This document shows positions 1 through 8,321 of a stretch of DNA of 19,502 nt, in pieces (positions within the stretch are counted from its first letter, which is position 1; each line of letters begins with the position of its first letter). The position numbers were made by a program, and so were the translations under genes. The stretch lies in NCBI GenBank assembly GCA_050125095.1, contig JASFEA010000052.1, positions 1-19,502 on the forward strand, in the 5' to 3' direction. This DNA is from a bacterium. Its GTDB lineage: Bacteria > Arandabacterota > Arandabacteria > Arandabacterales > JALGWA01. The notes under the pieces were generated by a model. The model ran no database searches, was not told the DNA's origin, and worked only from the letters and a program-made list of their open reading frames with translations.

Positions 1-1
1 G

Positions 2-940
2 GAGGATGCCGAAAGCGTGGGATTGCCGCCGGATGAGCCCTGGTGGGGAGCTGCAGAAGACCTCGCGGCAATGGAGAGCTTCTTTTCCGACACGACCGTA
101 ATTAAAGTTGAAGCCGAAATATGGGTGGATTCGCCTGCGGTCTCGAGAGACAAGAACTCCAGCATGAGATGCTGGCCGTATATAAAGGTGTCAATGCAGA
201 GGGCCGGCTGGTCTGAACCGGCTATGATGACTGTTGAGGACACCTGGCTCTATTTCGAGTTTGTTAGAGATGAGGCGGACACGAACCTCTGGCGTATCTT
301 GAAGATGAGGGAAGAACTCAGGGAGAGTGTCAAGGCAAAGGCGTCCATGGCGACAGAGCCGGTCACATTCGGCCGCATAAAGGACATATTCAGACCCCGG
401 AGCCAATGCGAGATCAGCCCCAGGTCGACTCCCGAGTGTCTCTTCAGGGCATTCGAACAGGCCATGAACCGCAGGGATATCGACGCCTATTACGCCTGCC
501 TCCACGACGAATACCTGTTTGTATTCACTGCGCCCGACGCCGATGATATGGGACTGCCGCCGCTCGAACCGTGGTGGGGATTGGCCGAGGAGGTCAGTGC
601 AGTGGCCAGACTGTTTTCGGATCCCGGGATCACCATGGTCAAGTGCGCTCTACATATTGAGGCCGGCCCTTGGCCCATCGAGAACGGTTTCTTCTACGAG
701 CTTGATCCCGACATCACTGTGGTGATCGAAAGACCGGGCTGGAGCGAGCCCCTTGTCTACGAAGTCGAGTCGACCTGGCTCGAAGTGGAGGTCGTCCCGG
801 ATCCATATTGCCCCGAGAAGTGGGTTTTCGAGCGCATGTATGAGGTCTTCAAGGAGGGCCCTACGGCCGCCGGGGGATCCCATGCGGGACCTATGGTCGA
901 GGGATCCACCTTCGGCGGCATTAAGGCGATATACAAGTAG
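2..940 (+). CDS. 5'-truncated protein with at least two tandem copies of the 'CLHDEY/GLPP-PWWG' domain (possibly NTF2-like), each ending in a TFGxIK motif
   Basis: Frame is open from base 2 (EDAESVGLPPDEPWWG), so the GTG at 17 is internal. GLPPDEPWWG and GLPPLEPWWG, and GWSEP twice, mark two copies. Clear paralogy to 7376..8014 and 13788..14417. Confidence 0.85.
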   Translation, partial: EDAESVGLPPDEPWWGAAEDLAAMESFFSDTTVIKVEAEIWVDSPAVSRDKNSSMRCWPYIKVSMQRAGWSEPAMMTVEDTWLYFEFVRDEADTNLWRILKMREELRESVKAKASMATEPVTFGRIKDIFRPRSQCEISPRSTPECLFRAFEQAMNRRDIDAYYACLHDEYLFVFTAPDADDMGLPPLEPWWGLAEEVSAVARLFSDPGITMVKCALHIEAGPWPIENGFFYELDPDITVVIERPGWSEPLVYEVESTWLEVEVVPDPYCPEKWVFERMYEVFKEGPTAAGGSHAGPMVEGSTFGGIKAIYK

Positions 941-959
941 GCCGGTTTCCCGGCCTACT
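936..959. terminator. Perfect 10-bp hairpin between convergent genes, possible bidirectional terminator
   Basis: AGTAGGCCGG-tttc-CCGGCCTACT; no strong U-tract on either strand. Confidence 0.5.
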
Positions 960-993
960 CGGGATGCTTCCTTTATCTGGCTGTTCTCTCTGG

Positions 994-2823
994 CTAGCCC
1001 TTCACGTATTCGTCGTACTCGGGCTGCCACATGCGCCTGCGAATCTCGTTGGCCGACAGGGGCTTCCTGAGGCTGGCCTTGGCCTCGGGGTCCTTTATTG
1101 CCGCCTTTACCACCTCTGCGGCTATGTAGGCCGAGATGTCCCGCACCTTGTCCGCCGCGGTGATATTGCGCTTGGAGTCGTCGCGTATGCCCGGAAGCAC
1201 ATGTCCCTGGGACAGTAGCTCACCCTCGAACTCCTTCGTGTACTTGTAGAGAGCAACTGCGGAAGCCGTTACCATATTGTCAGTTACGACCTTTGCGCCG
1301 CTCTCGACCACGCCGCGCCCCAGACCCGGGAACGTCAGGAAGTTATTTGCCTGCGCGATGGGGTGGAGCCTTCCGTACTTGACCGGCTCGAACGGGCTTC
1401 CGGTGGCGACGATGGCCTTGCCCTTGGACCACTCGAATATCTGCGCCGGCGTAGCCTCATGGTTCGAAGTCGGATTAGACAGCGGGAACACGATGGGGCG
1501 CCTGTGCACGCACATGGCCTTGATTATGGGCCTGGTGAATTCCCCGGCCTTACCCGATGCGCCGATCAGTATGCCCGGCTTCACCTTGTTGACAAGGTCT
1601 TCAAGCGAAACGCGGCCTTTGAAGTTCTCTTTTCTCGCGAACTGGGCCTTATGCGGCGGGAGGTCGTCGCCCCGGTCCTCGTATATGAGTCCCTTGGAGT
1701 CGGTAAGGTAAATCTTGGAAAGCGCCGCCTTCTCGCTGAGCCCCCTCGCCATGAGGCCGTATCGAATCTGGCGCGCGATGCCGATGCCGCCGGCGCCTGC
1801 TCCATGTATGACTATAACGGAGTCCTTGAGGTTGCGTCCGCTGACATCAAGCGCGCCGAGAAGCGCCGCGTAGACGACCGCGCCGGTGCCCTGGATGTCG
1901 TCATTGAGACATCTCGTATTGTGTCTGTATCTTTCGAGGATGTCGAATGCCTTCTGTCCGCTGAAGTCCTCAAATTGAAGCACGGCGTCGGGCATGACCT
2001 TCTTGAAGGACTCGACGAATTTGTCCATAAAGATGAAGTAAGTGCCCTTCTCGAGCCTGGCGTGTCTGACGCCAAGGTAGTCCTTGTCCTGTAGGAGGGC
2101 TTCGGAGTTGGTGCCGACATCGAGGTCCACGGGCAGGCATGTCGTCGGCGCGAAACCGGCCGCCAGCGTGTAAAGGGCCAGTTTGCCCACAGTGATCTGG
2201 GAACCGCCGATGCCCTGGTCGCCTATGCCGAGGATGCCCTCGCTATCGGTCACGACTGCGATCTGTATGTCCCTGTTCGCCAGCCGCGATAATATGTCGT
2301 CCACATGGTCGATGTTCTCTGTGGTAATGAAGATGCCCGCCGGCCGCGCCATCCTGTGGCTCCAGGTCTGGCATGCCACACCCACCTCGGGGGTATAGAT
2401 GATGGGCAAGAACTCTTTGAGGTGATCCGTGACCACCCTGAAGAAGAGAGTCTCGTTTCTGTTCTTGAGATGCCTGAGGGCCGAGTAGAGAAGGTCGGGG
2501 TCGGAGATGCCCGTGCGCTTTATATTTCTGTATGCGATCTCCGACTGCTGGACTATGCTCCTTACGGCCGGAGGCAGCAGCCCCTCGAGCCCGAGCTCCT
2601 GTCGTTCGCGCTGCGTGAACGCCATGCCCTTATTGAGAAACGGGTCGTTGAGGAGGTCTCTTCCGGTCTTCTTGATTTTGCGCGTCTCTCCGCCATTGGA
2701 CTCAGGAATTACCGTCGCCGTCCTCGCGCGGCTCTTCCGGGCCGCTTTCCGGACAGCGGTTTTAGGGGATTTCTTGACGGACTTCTTTGCAGCCTTCTTC
2801 ACGGCCTTCTTCTTGGTTGCCAC
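994..2823 (-). CDS. maeA: NAD-dependent malic enzyme / malolactic-enzyme-like protein with Lys/Ala-rich N-terminal extension
   Basis: Motifs LLNDPFLNKGMAFT, IIYTPEVG, VTDSEGILGIGDQG, QFEDF, NDDIQGTG, GAGAGGIGIA, PLSNPT, QANN..FPGLG. GTG at 2823 is preceded by GGGAGG, so it is preferred over 2859. Confidence 0.92.
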   Translation of the reverse strand: MATKKKAVKKAAKKSVKKSPKTAVRKAARKSRARTATVIPESNGGETRKIKKTGRDLLNDPFLNKGMAFTQRERQELGLEGLLPPAVRSIVQQSEIAYRNIKRTGISDPDLLYSALRHLKNRNETLFFRVVTDHLKEFLPIIYTPEVGVACQTWSHRMARPAGIFITTENIDHVDDILSRLANRDIQIAVVTDSEGILGIGDQGIGGSQITVGKLALYTLAAGFAPTTCLPVDLDVGTNSEALLQDKDYLGVRHARLEKGTYFIFMDKFVESFKKVMPDAVLQFEDFSGQKAFDILERYRHNTRCLNDDIQGTGAVVYAALLGALDVSGRNLKDSVIVIHGAGAGGIGIARQIRYGLMARGLSEKAALSKIYLTDSKGLIYEDRGDDLPPHKAQFARKENFKGRVSLEDLVNKVKPGILIGASGKAGEFTRPIIKAMCVHRRPIVFPLSNPTSNHEATPAQIFEWSKGKAIVATGSPFEPVKYGRLHPIAQANNFLTFPGLGRGVVESGAKVVTDNMVTASAVALYKYTKEFEGELLSQGHVLPGIRDDSKRNITAADKVRDISAYIAAEVVKAAIKDPEAKASLRKPLSANEIRRRMWQPEYDEYVKG

Positions 2824-2918
2824 TTTGGCCTCCCAGTTAGAGCCCGGTGGGCTCTCCACCTATGTGTTTTTGCCGGCCCCGAAGGCGGCCGGCGATATCT
2901 TTTGGGCACATCGCGCTT

Positions 2919-2947
2919 ACCATAAGCTACTGGTCCCCGCTTGGCAA
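2919..2947 (-). promoter_or_regulatory. sigma70-type promoter for the malic enzyme gene
   Basis: Minus strand TTGCCA-17 nt-TATGGT. Confidence 0.5.
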
Positions 2948-2995
2948 GACCCAGTTCATATTAATTCCGGATAGCCGATGTCGCCGGGCGGCCGC

Positions 2996-3024
2996 TTGAC
3001 GATCGCCGGCTCAGATGTTATCGT
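2996..3024 (+). promoter_or_regulatory. sigma70-type promoter with extended -10
   Basis: TTGACG-17 nt-TATCGT with TG at 3016-3017. Confidence 0.55.
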
Positions 3025-3096
3025 AACCTTGTATGACCCCTGTGTAATGAAAAATCTAATAACTCCCGCGTGGCTTCAACTTCAAGGAGGAATCGC

Positions 3097-4020
3097 ATGC
3101 AGGCACGTCTTGCCGGAACCGCCCTCGTAACTTTGATTATCTTAGTCGTCCTGTCGCCGCAGATCGCGCTCTCCCAGGAAGGGGAGTTCCCGACCCTGAA
3201 GGGCCACTATCTCGGCCAGGTGCCCCCGGGGATGGAGCCCAGGCTCTTCGCTCGCGGCATAGTCTCCCATCCCGATTACAGAACCTATACATATGTATTT
3301 CTTCCCAACGGCAATGAGTGCGTATTCGATTATTACGGAGACAACGAGTACAAGGACGGAGCTCTTTTCACGACGCGCCTTGAGGACGGGAAGTGGATCG
3401 AGCCCGTGCCGGCCGGCCTCTTCGCCGGAATCGACAACGTATTCCTGCCGCGGGTCTCCCCAGACGGCGAGACCTGGTTCTTCACGTCGACATCGCTCGA
3501 AATGCCCGAGGGAGTGGAGGGGAAGACTCCTCTCTTCTATATCAGGAAGGACGGCACCGGCTGGACTGAGCCGCGATACCTCACGCAGGCAATACATGCC
3601 TCGGCCACCGAAGACGGCAAGGTCTACTACATGGTCGAGGGCCGGGACGGCAGCTACCCGGGCTTCAGGCAGCCGCTAAAGGGTGGTTACGGCGACCTCG
3701 AATGGTGCCAGCCCAGAGACTACTTCGGCGGCGATATGGCTCATCTCGTGGTGGCGCCCGATGAGTCCTACATGATCTTCGATTCGGAAAAGAGACCCAG
3801 GGTGGGGGAGTGCCGGCTCCACGTGAGCTTCAGGAAGGCCGACGGAACCTGGACCATGCCTATGTCCTTAGGCAGTCTCATAGAGCTCAAGGCCTCGATG
3901 GCCTGGATTTCGCCCGACGGCAAGTACATTTTCTTCAAGGCTTATGACGACGTCTACTGGGTGGACGCGGGCATCGTCGAGAAAATCAAGCCCAAAGGCA
4001 TAACCGCGAAGAAGAAGTAA
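3097..4020 (+). CDS. Exported PD40/TolB-like beta-propeller protein
   Basis: AAGGAGG RBS before ATG 3097; signal peptide (ALS-Q); YLGQVPPGMEPRLFARGIVS N-terminal motif; repeats PRVSPDGETWFFTS, VAPDESYMIFDS, WISPDGKYIFF. Confidence 0.8.
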   Translation: MQARLAGTALVTLIILVVLSPQIALSQEGEFPTLKGHYLGQVPPGMEPRLFARGIVSHPDYRTYTYVFLPNGNECVFDYYGDNEYKDGALFTTRLEDGKWIEPVPAGLFAGIDNVFLPRVSPDGETWFFTSTSLEMPEGVEGKTPLFYIRKDGTGWTEPRYLTQAIHASATEDGKVYYMVEGRDGSYPGFRQPLKGGYGDLEWCQPRDYFGGDMAHLVVAPDESYMIFDSEKRPRVGECRLHVSFRKADGTWTMPMSLGSLIELKASMAWISPDGKYIFFKAYDDVYWVDAGIVEKIKPKGITAKKK

Positions 4021-4069
4021 GAGCCACCGGCAGCAACATCAACATCGCCCGGCTCAGCACGCGGGTATC

Positions 4070-5140
4070 TCACCGGTAAAGCGACTTGATCGCTCCCCAG
4101 GTCACCGGCTCTGTGGCTTCTCCGCAGCCGCAGCTCCCTTCCCATGCTCCGATGTAGTGCGCGCAGTCGTGGCCACGCGGGTGGTTGCCCTCCAGACAGG
4201 GAGAACAGGTCTCCAGATAGAGCTGCGTGCCCGACGTATCGCAAAAAAGAGGATCGGCCGAGATGTTGCCGTAGACCGTATCCTGGTCGGCTATGTTCCC
4301 GACCCAGTCACCGCCGGAATTGCCGTATATGTCGCAGCACATCAGGCTCGGGGCATCTCCAGGAAGACTGGCGTACACGCCCTCGCTGCCGGCGTTAAAG
4401 GCTATGAGGCACCTGTAGAGCTGCGGCTGCGAGCCGAGCGTGGAATACAGGCCGGCGCCCAGATACCCGGCCGAATTGTTGATGAACGTGCATCCGGTTA
4501 ACCCCGGCGAAGACGAGTCCCCGCAGTAGATGGCGCCGCCGCTGGTCCCGGCCGAGTTCCTGGTCGCCGTGCAGGTGAAAAGCAAGGGGCACTGGCATTG
4601 CCAGAACTTCATCGCTCCGCCCGTGGCGGCCGCGTGGTTTTCAGTGAAGGTACACATTGTGAAACTCGGATCCGACGAGTAGGCCGCAACGGCGCCGCCG
4701 GACCCATCCGCCGAATTACCCTTGAAAAGACACCTGGTGAAGGCGCCCTCCGTGCCTCCCGAGCAGTATGCCCCACCGCCCTCGATCTCGGGGAAGTCGC
4801 CAGCCGCATATCCCCCTGTTATGGTGAATCCGCTTATCGTGGTGGTCCAATACAGGCCGTCGCAGTAGAACACACGGCCCAGTCCCTGGGCGTCTATACT
4901 AACGCAGTCGGGCAGGCCGGTGTCGCTGGTAAGCACCACTTCCGACTTCATCACGATGTCGTGTTCGTAATACGTGCCGCACTCGACGAGCACTGTATCG
5001 CCCGCGCCTGCCGAGTCCAGGCCGGCCTGGATCGTCGGGGCGTCACCGGTGCCCGCCGTATTGACGGTCCACGTGCGGGCCAGCAGGGGGGAGGCCGCAA
5101 AGAAGATACATAGTAAGGCACAGATGAATGGGGATTTCAT
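4070..5140 (-). CDS. Secreted right-handed beta-helix (pectin-lyase-like/Pmp-repeat) protein with C-terminal TWGAIKSLYR tail
   Basis: AGGAGG RBS before ATG 5140; signal peptide (LLA-R); GTGDAPTIQAGLDSA cap; FxxN...GGA repeats; paralog of 14428..15648. Confidence 0.85.
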   Translation of the reverse strand: MKSPFICALLCIFFAASPLLARTWTVNTAGTGDAPTIQAGLDSAGAGDTVLVECGTYYEHDIVMKSEVVLTSDTGLPDCVSIDAQGLGRVFYCDGLYWTTTISGFTITGGYAAGDFPEIEGGGAYCSGGTEGAFTRCLFKGNSADGSGGAVAAYSSDPSFTMCTFTENHAAATGGAMKFWQCQCPLLFTCTATRNSAGTSGGAIYCGDSSSPGLTGCTFINNSAGYLGAGLYSTLGSQPQLYRCLIAFNAGSEGVYASLPGDAPSLMCCDIYGNSGGDWVGNIADQDTVYGNISADPLFCDTSGTQLYLETCSPCLEGNHPRGHDCAHYIGAWEGSCGCGEATEPVTWGAIKSLYR

Positions 5141-5192
5141 CACACACCTCCTTTTTCTCTCGCTCGCTGCTCCACCTTGGGAAGATACCCAG

Positions 5193-5220
5193 ATTATAGT
5201 ACAAGAGAGCAAACAGTCAA
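5193..5220 (-). promoter_or_regulatory. Near-consensus sigma70 promoter for the beta-helix gene
   Basis: Minus strand TTGACT-16 nt-TATAAT, about 50 nt upstream of the start codon. Confidence 0.7.
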
Positions 5221-5359
5221 GTCAATGCCGTTTCGGCCCGTGCGGCAGGCCTCCGCGACGCCGTCGGCGATACGGCGGCGTCATGAAAAAAAGGCAAGAT
5301 TATGCTAACGACCTCCAATCATGCCATGGAATAAGCTGATAGCATTTGGGCCCAATTCG

Positions 5360-5368
5360 TGTTATAAT
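5360..5368 (+). promoter_or_regulatory. Extended -10 promoter element for the metalloprotease gene
   Basis: TGtTATAAT in an AT-rich divergent intergenic region. Confidence 0.55.
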
Positions 5369-5454
5369 GGAAAAGAGAGCAAAATAGGCCGGCAGAGGAC
5401 TATGCCCGTGGCCTCTGCGGCGCCATAACGGACCGGGCATGAGGAGTGAAGGAC

Positions 5455-7101
5455 ATGACCCTGCGCACATACCGGCTTTCTACAACGGTACTGGCGGGTG
5501 CAGCGCTTGCTTGCCTGCTCTTTATCTCTGTCGCTCCCCGGGGCACGGTGGAGCCAATGACCCCTGCTGCCACACTTGCGCAGCTGTTGTATTCCCAGGA
5601 CCCATTCGACCAGATCGTCCGCGGCGTCACCCTGCGGGGGCTCGCGCAGCAGGCGGCCAGGACCGGGTCCATAGATATCGGGCCGGTTGACGTCTGTCTC
5701 CATCCCGACACCAGTCCCGAGGACGCCGAGCGGATACTGAGGGAGCTTCCGACTTATATCCCCCTGCTTGAGAACGGCATGCTGGGTTACAACCGGAGCA
5801 ACCGCTGGTCGTATACCTGCATGGACGGCGCCACCGGATCAATCGGCGACCCCATAACCATCACTTGGGGTATTGTCCCCGACGGGACCTGGGCCGACGG
5901 CGGCAGCAGCAACCTGTTCGCCGTGTTCGACGCGCAATTCGGCGGTTCACTCTGGATGAACAAGGTAAGGAACGCCTTCGACCGCTGGGAGGCGGTCATC
6001 GGCATCACTTATATAGAGGTATCGGATGACGGCGCCAGCATGCCCGGCAGCAGCGGTTCCGTGGGCGTGCGCGGAGATGTCCGCATCGGCGGCAGGTCGA
6101 TTGACGGCTCCGGGAACGTGCTGGCATACAACTACTACCCCAATTGCGGCGACATGGTGCTTGACACGGACGATGCCAGTTTCTACAGCATCCCGATCGG
6201 CAACTATGGCAACCTCAAGAACGTCGTATGCCATGAGCACGGCCATGGCATGGGCCTCGGCCACGTTATCCCCGAGAACTGCACCAAGCTCATGGAGGCC
6301 TATCAGTGCGGCGGAGGCACGTTTGTCGGTCCGCAGGACGACGACATACGCGGCGGCATGCGCAACTACGGCGACCGTTACGAGAATAACGACACCAACG
6401 CCGAGCCGACCGACCTCGGCACAATAGTCGATACGCTCAGGGTCGAGACGGTGTCCATAGATAACGGGGTGTCCGATGTCGACTGGTATCTCATAAACTG
6501 CACGAGCCTCGACCTGACCATAGAAGTGGATCCCATAGGCTCGGGCTACATGTGCGGCCCCGAGGGCGGCACGGCTTCGTGGGTGAGAACCGATTCCATA
6601 TCCGATCCGGACATAGAGCTATACGATGCCACAGGTACGACGCTGCTGGAGAGCGCCACGAGCTGCACGATGTGCGAGACGGAGGTGCTGAGCTGCACGC
6701 TTCCGAGCACTGGCAGCTACCAGGTGCGCGTATTCCGCAAGACCGGTACGGGCAATAATGTGCAGTGTTACAACATGACCATTTACTATGATGAAGGGTC
6801 GGGCATCGAAGTGGCGAGCGGGGACGACGGGCTTGCGACCTCGGTCTATCCGAGCCCCTTCGCCGGCCAGACCACGGTCAGGTTCATGGCACCGGCCGAG
6901 GGAGCTTATGCGGTCGATGTATATGACGTCGGCGGCCGGCGCTCGAGATCTATGGAGGGCTACGCATCAGGGCCGGGCTGGGTCGAATCCGTATGGGACG
7001 GGCGCGACCAGGACGGACGGGAAGTCGCAAGCGGGATTTATTTCATACGAGTCCGCCTGGCCGGCTTCGTGGAGACGGACCGGGTGCTCGTGGTGCGTTA
7101 G
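5455..7101 (+). CDS. Secreted matrixin (M10-like metzincin) metalloprotease with PPC-like domain and FlgD-Ig/T9SS-like C-terminal domain
   Basis: GAGGAG RBS 8 nt before ATG 5455; HEHGHGMGLGH zinc motif; Met-turn KLMEA; LAYNYYP..GDMVLD; DVDWY...DPDIELYD (PPC-like); YPSPF...YDVGGR...WDGRDQDGREVASGIYF tail. Confidence 0.88.
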   Translation: MTLRTYRLSTTVLAGAALACLLFISVAPRGTVEPMTPAATLAQLLYSQDPFDQIVRGVTLRGLAQQAARTGSIDIGPVDVCLHPDTSPEDAERILRELPTYIPLLENGMLGYNRSNRWSYTCMDGATGSIGDPITITWGIVPDGTWADGGSSNLFAVFDAQFGGSLWMNKVRNAFDRWEAVIGITYIEVSDDGASMPGSSGSVGVRGDVRIGGRSIDGSGNVLAYNYYPNCGDMVLDTDDASFYSIPIGNYGNLKNVVCHEHGHGMGLGHVIPENCTKLMEAYQCGGGTFVGPQDDDIRGGMRNYGDRYENNDTNAEPTDLGTIVDTLRVETVSIDNGVSDVDWYLINCTSLDLTIEVDPIGSGYMCGPEGGTASWVRTDSISDPDIELYDATGTTLLESATSCTMCETEVLSCTLPSTGSYQVRVFRKTGTGNNVQCYNMTIYYDEGSGIEVASGDDGLATSVYPSPFAGQTTVRFMAPAEGAYAVDVYDVGGRRSRSMEGYASGPGWVESVWDGRDQDGREVASGIYFIRVRLAGFVETDRVLVVR

Positions 7102-7177
7102 GCCCTGTACTCGAGACCAGCTGAATGGTTACGATTTAATCAGAACAACAGACATATTTTAGAGGTAGATAGAGAGA

Positions 7178-7224
7178 AGCGCGGCGCAGCAGCCCGACAC
7201 GGCAGGCGCCGCGCTCTTCTTTTC
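7178..7224 (+). terminator. Probable intrinsic terminator after the protease gene
   Basis: Stem AGCGCGGCGC (7178-7187) / GCGCCGCGCT (7206-7215) followed by CTTCTTTTC. Confidence 0.6.
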
Positions 7225-7314
7225 GCCCGGATGCCGCCGGGGTCCCTTGTCAATCCGACCTTCGAGACCCGGCGCTTTCGGGGGCCTTGCACCGGCGGGC
7301 TCGACACCCGGCCC

Positions 7315-7343
7315 TTGCGGCAGGCGAACCACTCTGGTACAAT
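7315..7343 (+). promoter_or_regulatory. sigma70 promoter with extended -10
   Basis: TTGCGG-17 nt-TACAAT with TG at 7335-7336; GAGGAGG RBS follows. Confidence 0.65.
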
Positions 7344-7375
7344 CATAGCGAGCAAGCGAGGAGGTAGAACTCACT

Positions 7376-8014
7376 ATGAAGACCAGACCAATCCTGGCGG
7401 CACTTGCCGTCATGTCGCTCGCGATTCTCGTCTCCTGCGGAGACGATAACGGCGCCAATGTCAACGGCGGGCCTGAATACTCGCGGGCGACGCCGGAGGA
7501 TCTCATTCGCGCCCTTGCCGCTGCCCTCGAGGAAGAGGAAATCGACGTCTACGCTGAATGTCTGCATGATGAGTATTTATTCGAGTTCCTGCCCGGGGAC
7601 GCGGGCAGCGCGGGCCTTCCCCCCGATGGGCCCTGGTGGGGGAAGACCGAGGACGTGGCCTCCACATCCAACATGTTCGCGGCCGCGTTCGTTACGCGGA
7701 TCGAATGTGAATTGCCTGTGGACACGGGGCCGTGGGCTACCGACGAGGGCTTGGGCTTCAGACTCGATGCGATAATCAAGGTGACCAGCGAGGGGGGTGG
7801 CTATACTGAGCCGCGGGTATACATGGTCCAAGATTCGTATCTATATGCAGAGGTCGTAACTGACCCATATGATGGCGGCAAGTGGGTATTCAAGGCTCTT
7901 TTGGAGGCAAAGAAGGAAGGCCTCACAGCCGGGCCGGGGCCAGACCCGGGCAGGCTTACGGAGCCTACGACTTTCGGCAGCATAAAGGCGTTGTTCAGAC
8001 CGGAGGGCTTGTGA
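7376..8014 (+). CDS. Lipoprotein of the 'CLHDEY/GLPP-PWWG' family with TFGSIKALFR tail
   Basis: Lipobox LVSC; strong RBS; EYSRATPE, CLHDEY, GLPP..PWWGKT, GPW, DPYD..W shared with 13788..14417. Confidence 0.88.
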   Translation: MKTRPILAALAVMSLAILVSCGDDNGANVNGGPEYSRATPEDLIRALAAALEEEEIDVYAECLHDEYLFEFLPGDAGSAGLPPDGPWWGKTEDVASTSNMFAAAFVTRIECELPVDTGPWATDEGLGFRLDAIIKVTSEGGGYTEPRVYMVQDSYLYAEVVTDPYDGGKWVFKALLEAKKEGLTAGPGPDPGRLTEPTTFGSIKALFRPEGL

Positions 8015-8015
8015 G

Positions 8016-8288
8016 TTGAACCAAAAGCAGCCCTGCTTCTCAGACGGCATGCCCGCCAGGTGCCCGGCATGCGGTTCGGACAGAATCGCGAGGATTCTCT
8101 GGGGTATGCCGGTGTACTCCCAGGAGCTGCAGGAGCAAATGGACGCAGGCAAGGTGGTTCTGGGCGGATGCTGCGTATCCGACTTCGATCCCTGCTGGAC
8201 ATGCCTGGGCTGCGGTGCTGACATCTACAAGGAGACGCTCAGAGGCAAGGTGGGCAGGGAGGGTGATTTCCACCGGCCGGCCGGCTAG
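8016..8288 (+). CDS. Small putative zinc-ribbon protein
   Basis: CPACGS...ILWGMP...LGGCC...PCWTCLGC pattern; GGAGGG 8 nt before TTG 8016 (alternative ATG at 8049). Confidence 0.75.
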   Translation: MNQKQPCFSDGMPARCPACGSDRIARILWGMPVYSQELQEQMDAGKVVLGGCCVSDFDPCWTCLGCGADIYKETLRGKVGREGDFHRPAG

Positions 8289-8321
8289 AAGGGCTGTCCG
8301 GAGACTTCGGCAACTGCAGGC

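Noticed and set aside
1363-2974. Several plus-strand ORFs of 150-240 aa
   Set aside because: Antisense to the malic enzyme; no independent evidence.
3960-4020. PD40 protein C-terminus (GIVEKIKPKGITAKKK) as another tail copy
   Set aside because: Lacks T-[WFL]-G and the terminal aromatic residue.
5257-5292. Hairpin GACGCCGTCG/CGGCGGCGTC followed by an A-run
   Set aside because: Lies between divergent promoters with no U-tract 3' of the stem on either strand, so not called a terminator.
7262-7312. TCGA(G/C)ACCCGGC repeated at 7262 and 7301, similar at 17331
   Set aside because: Only 12 bp, GC-rich, two local copies; not a CRISPR array and plausibly chance.
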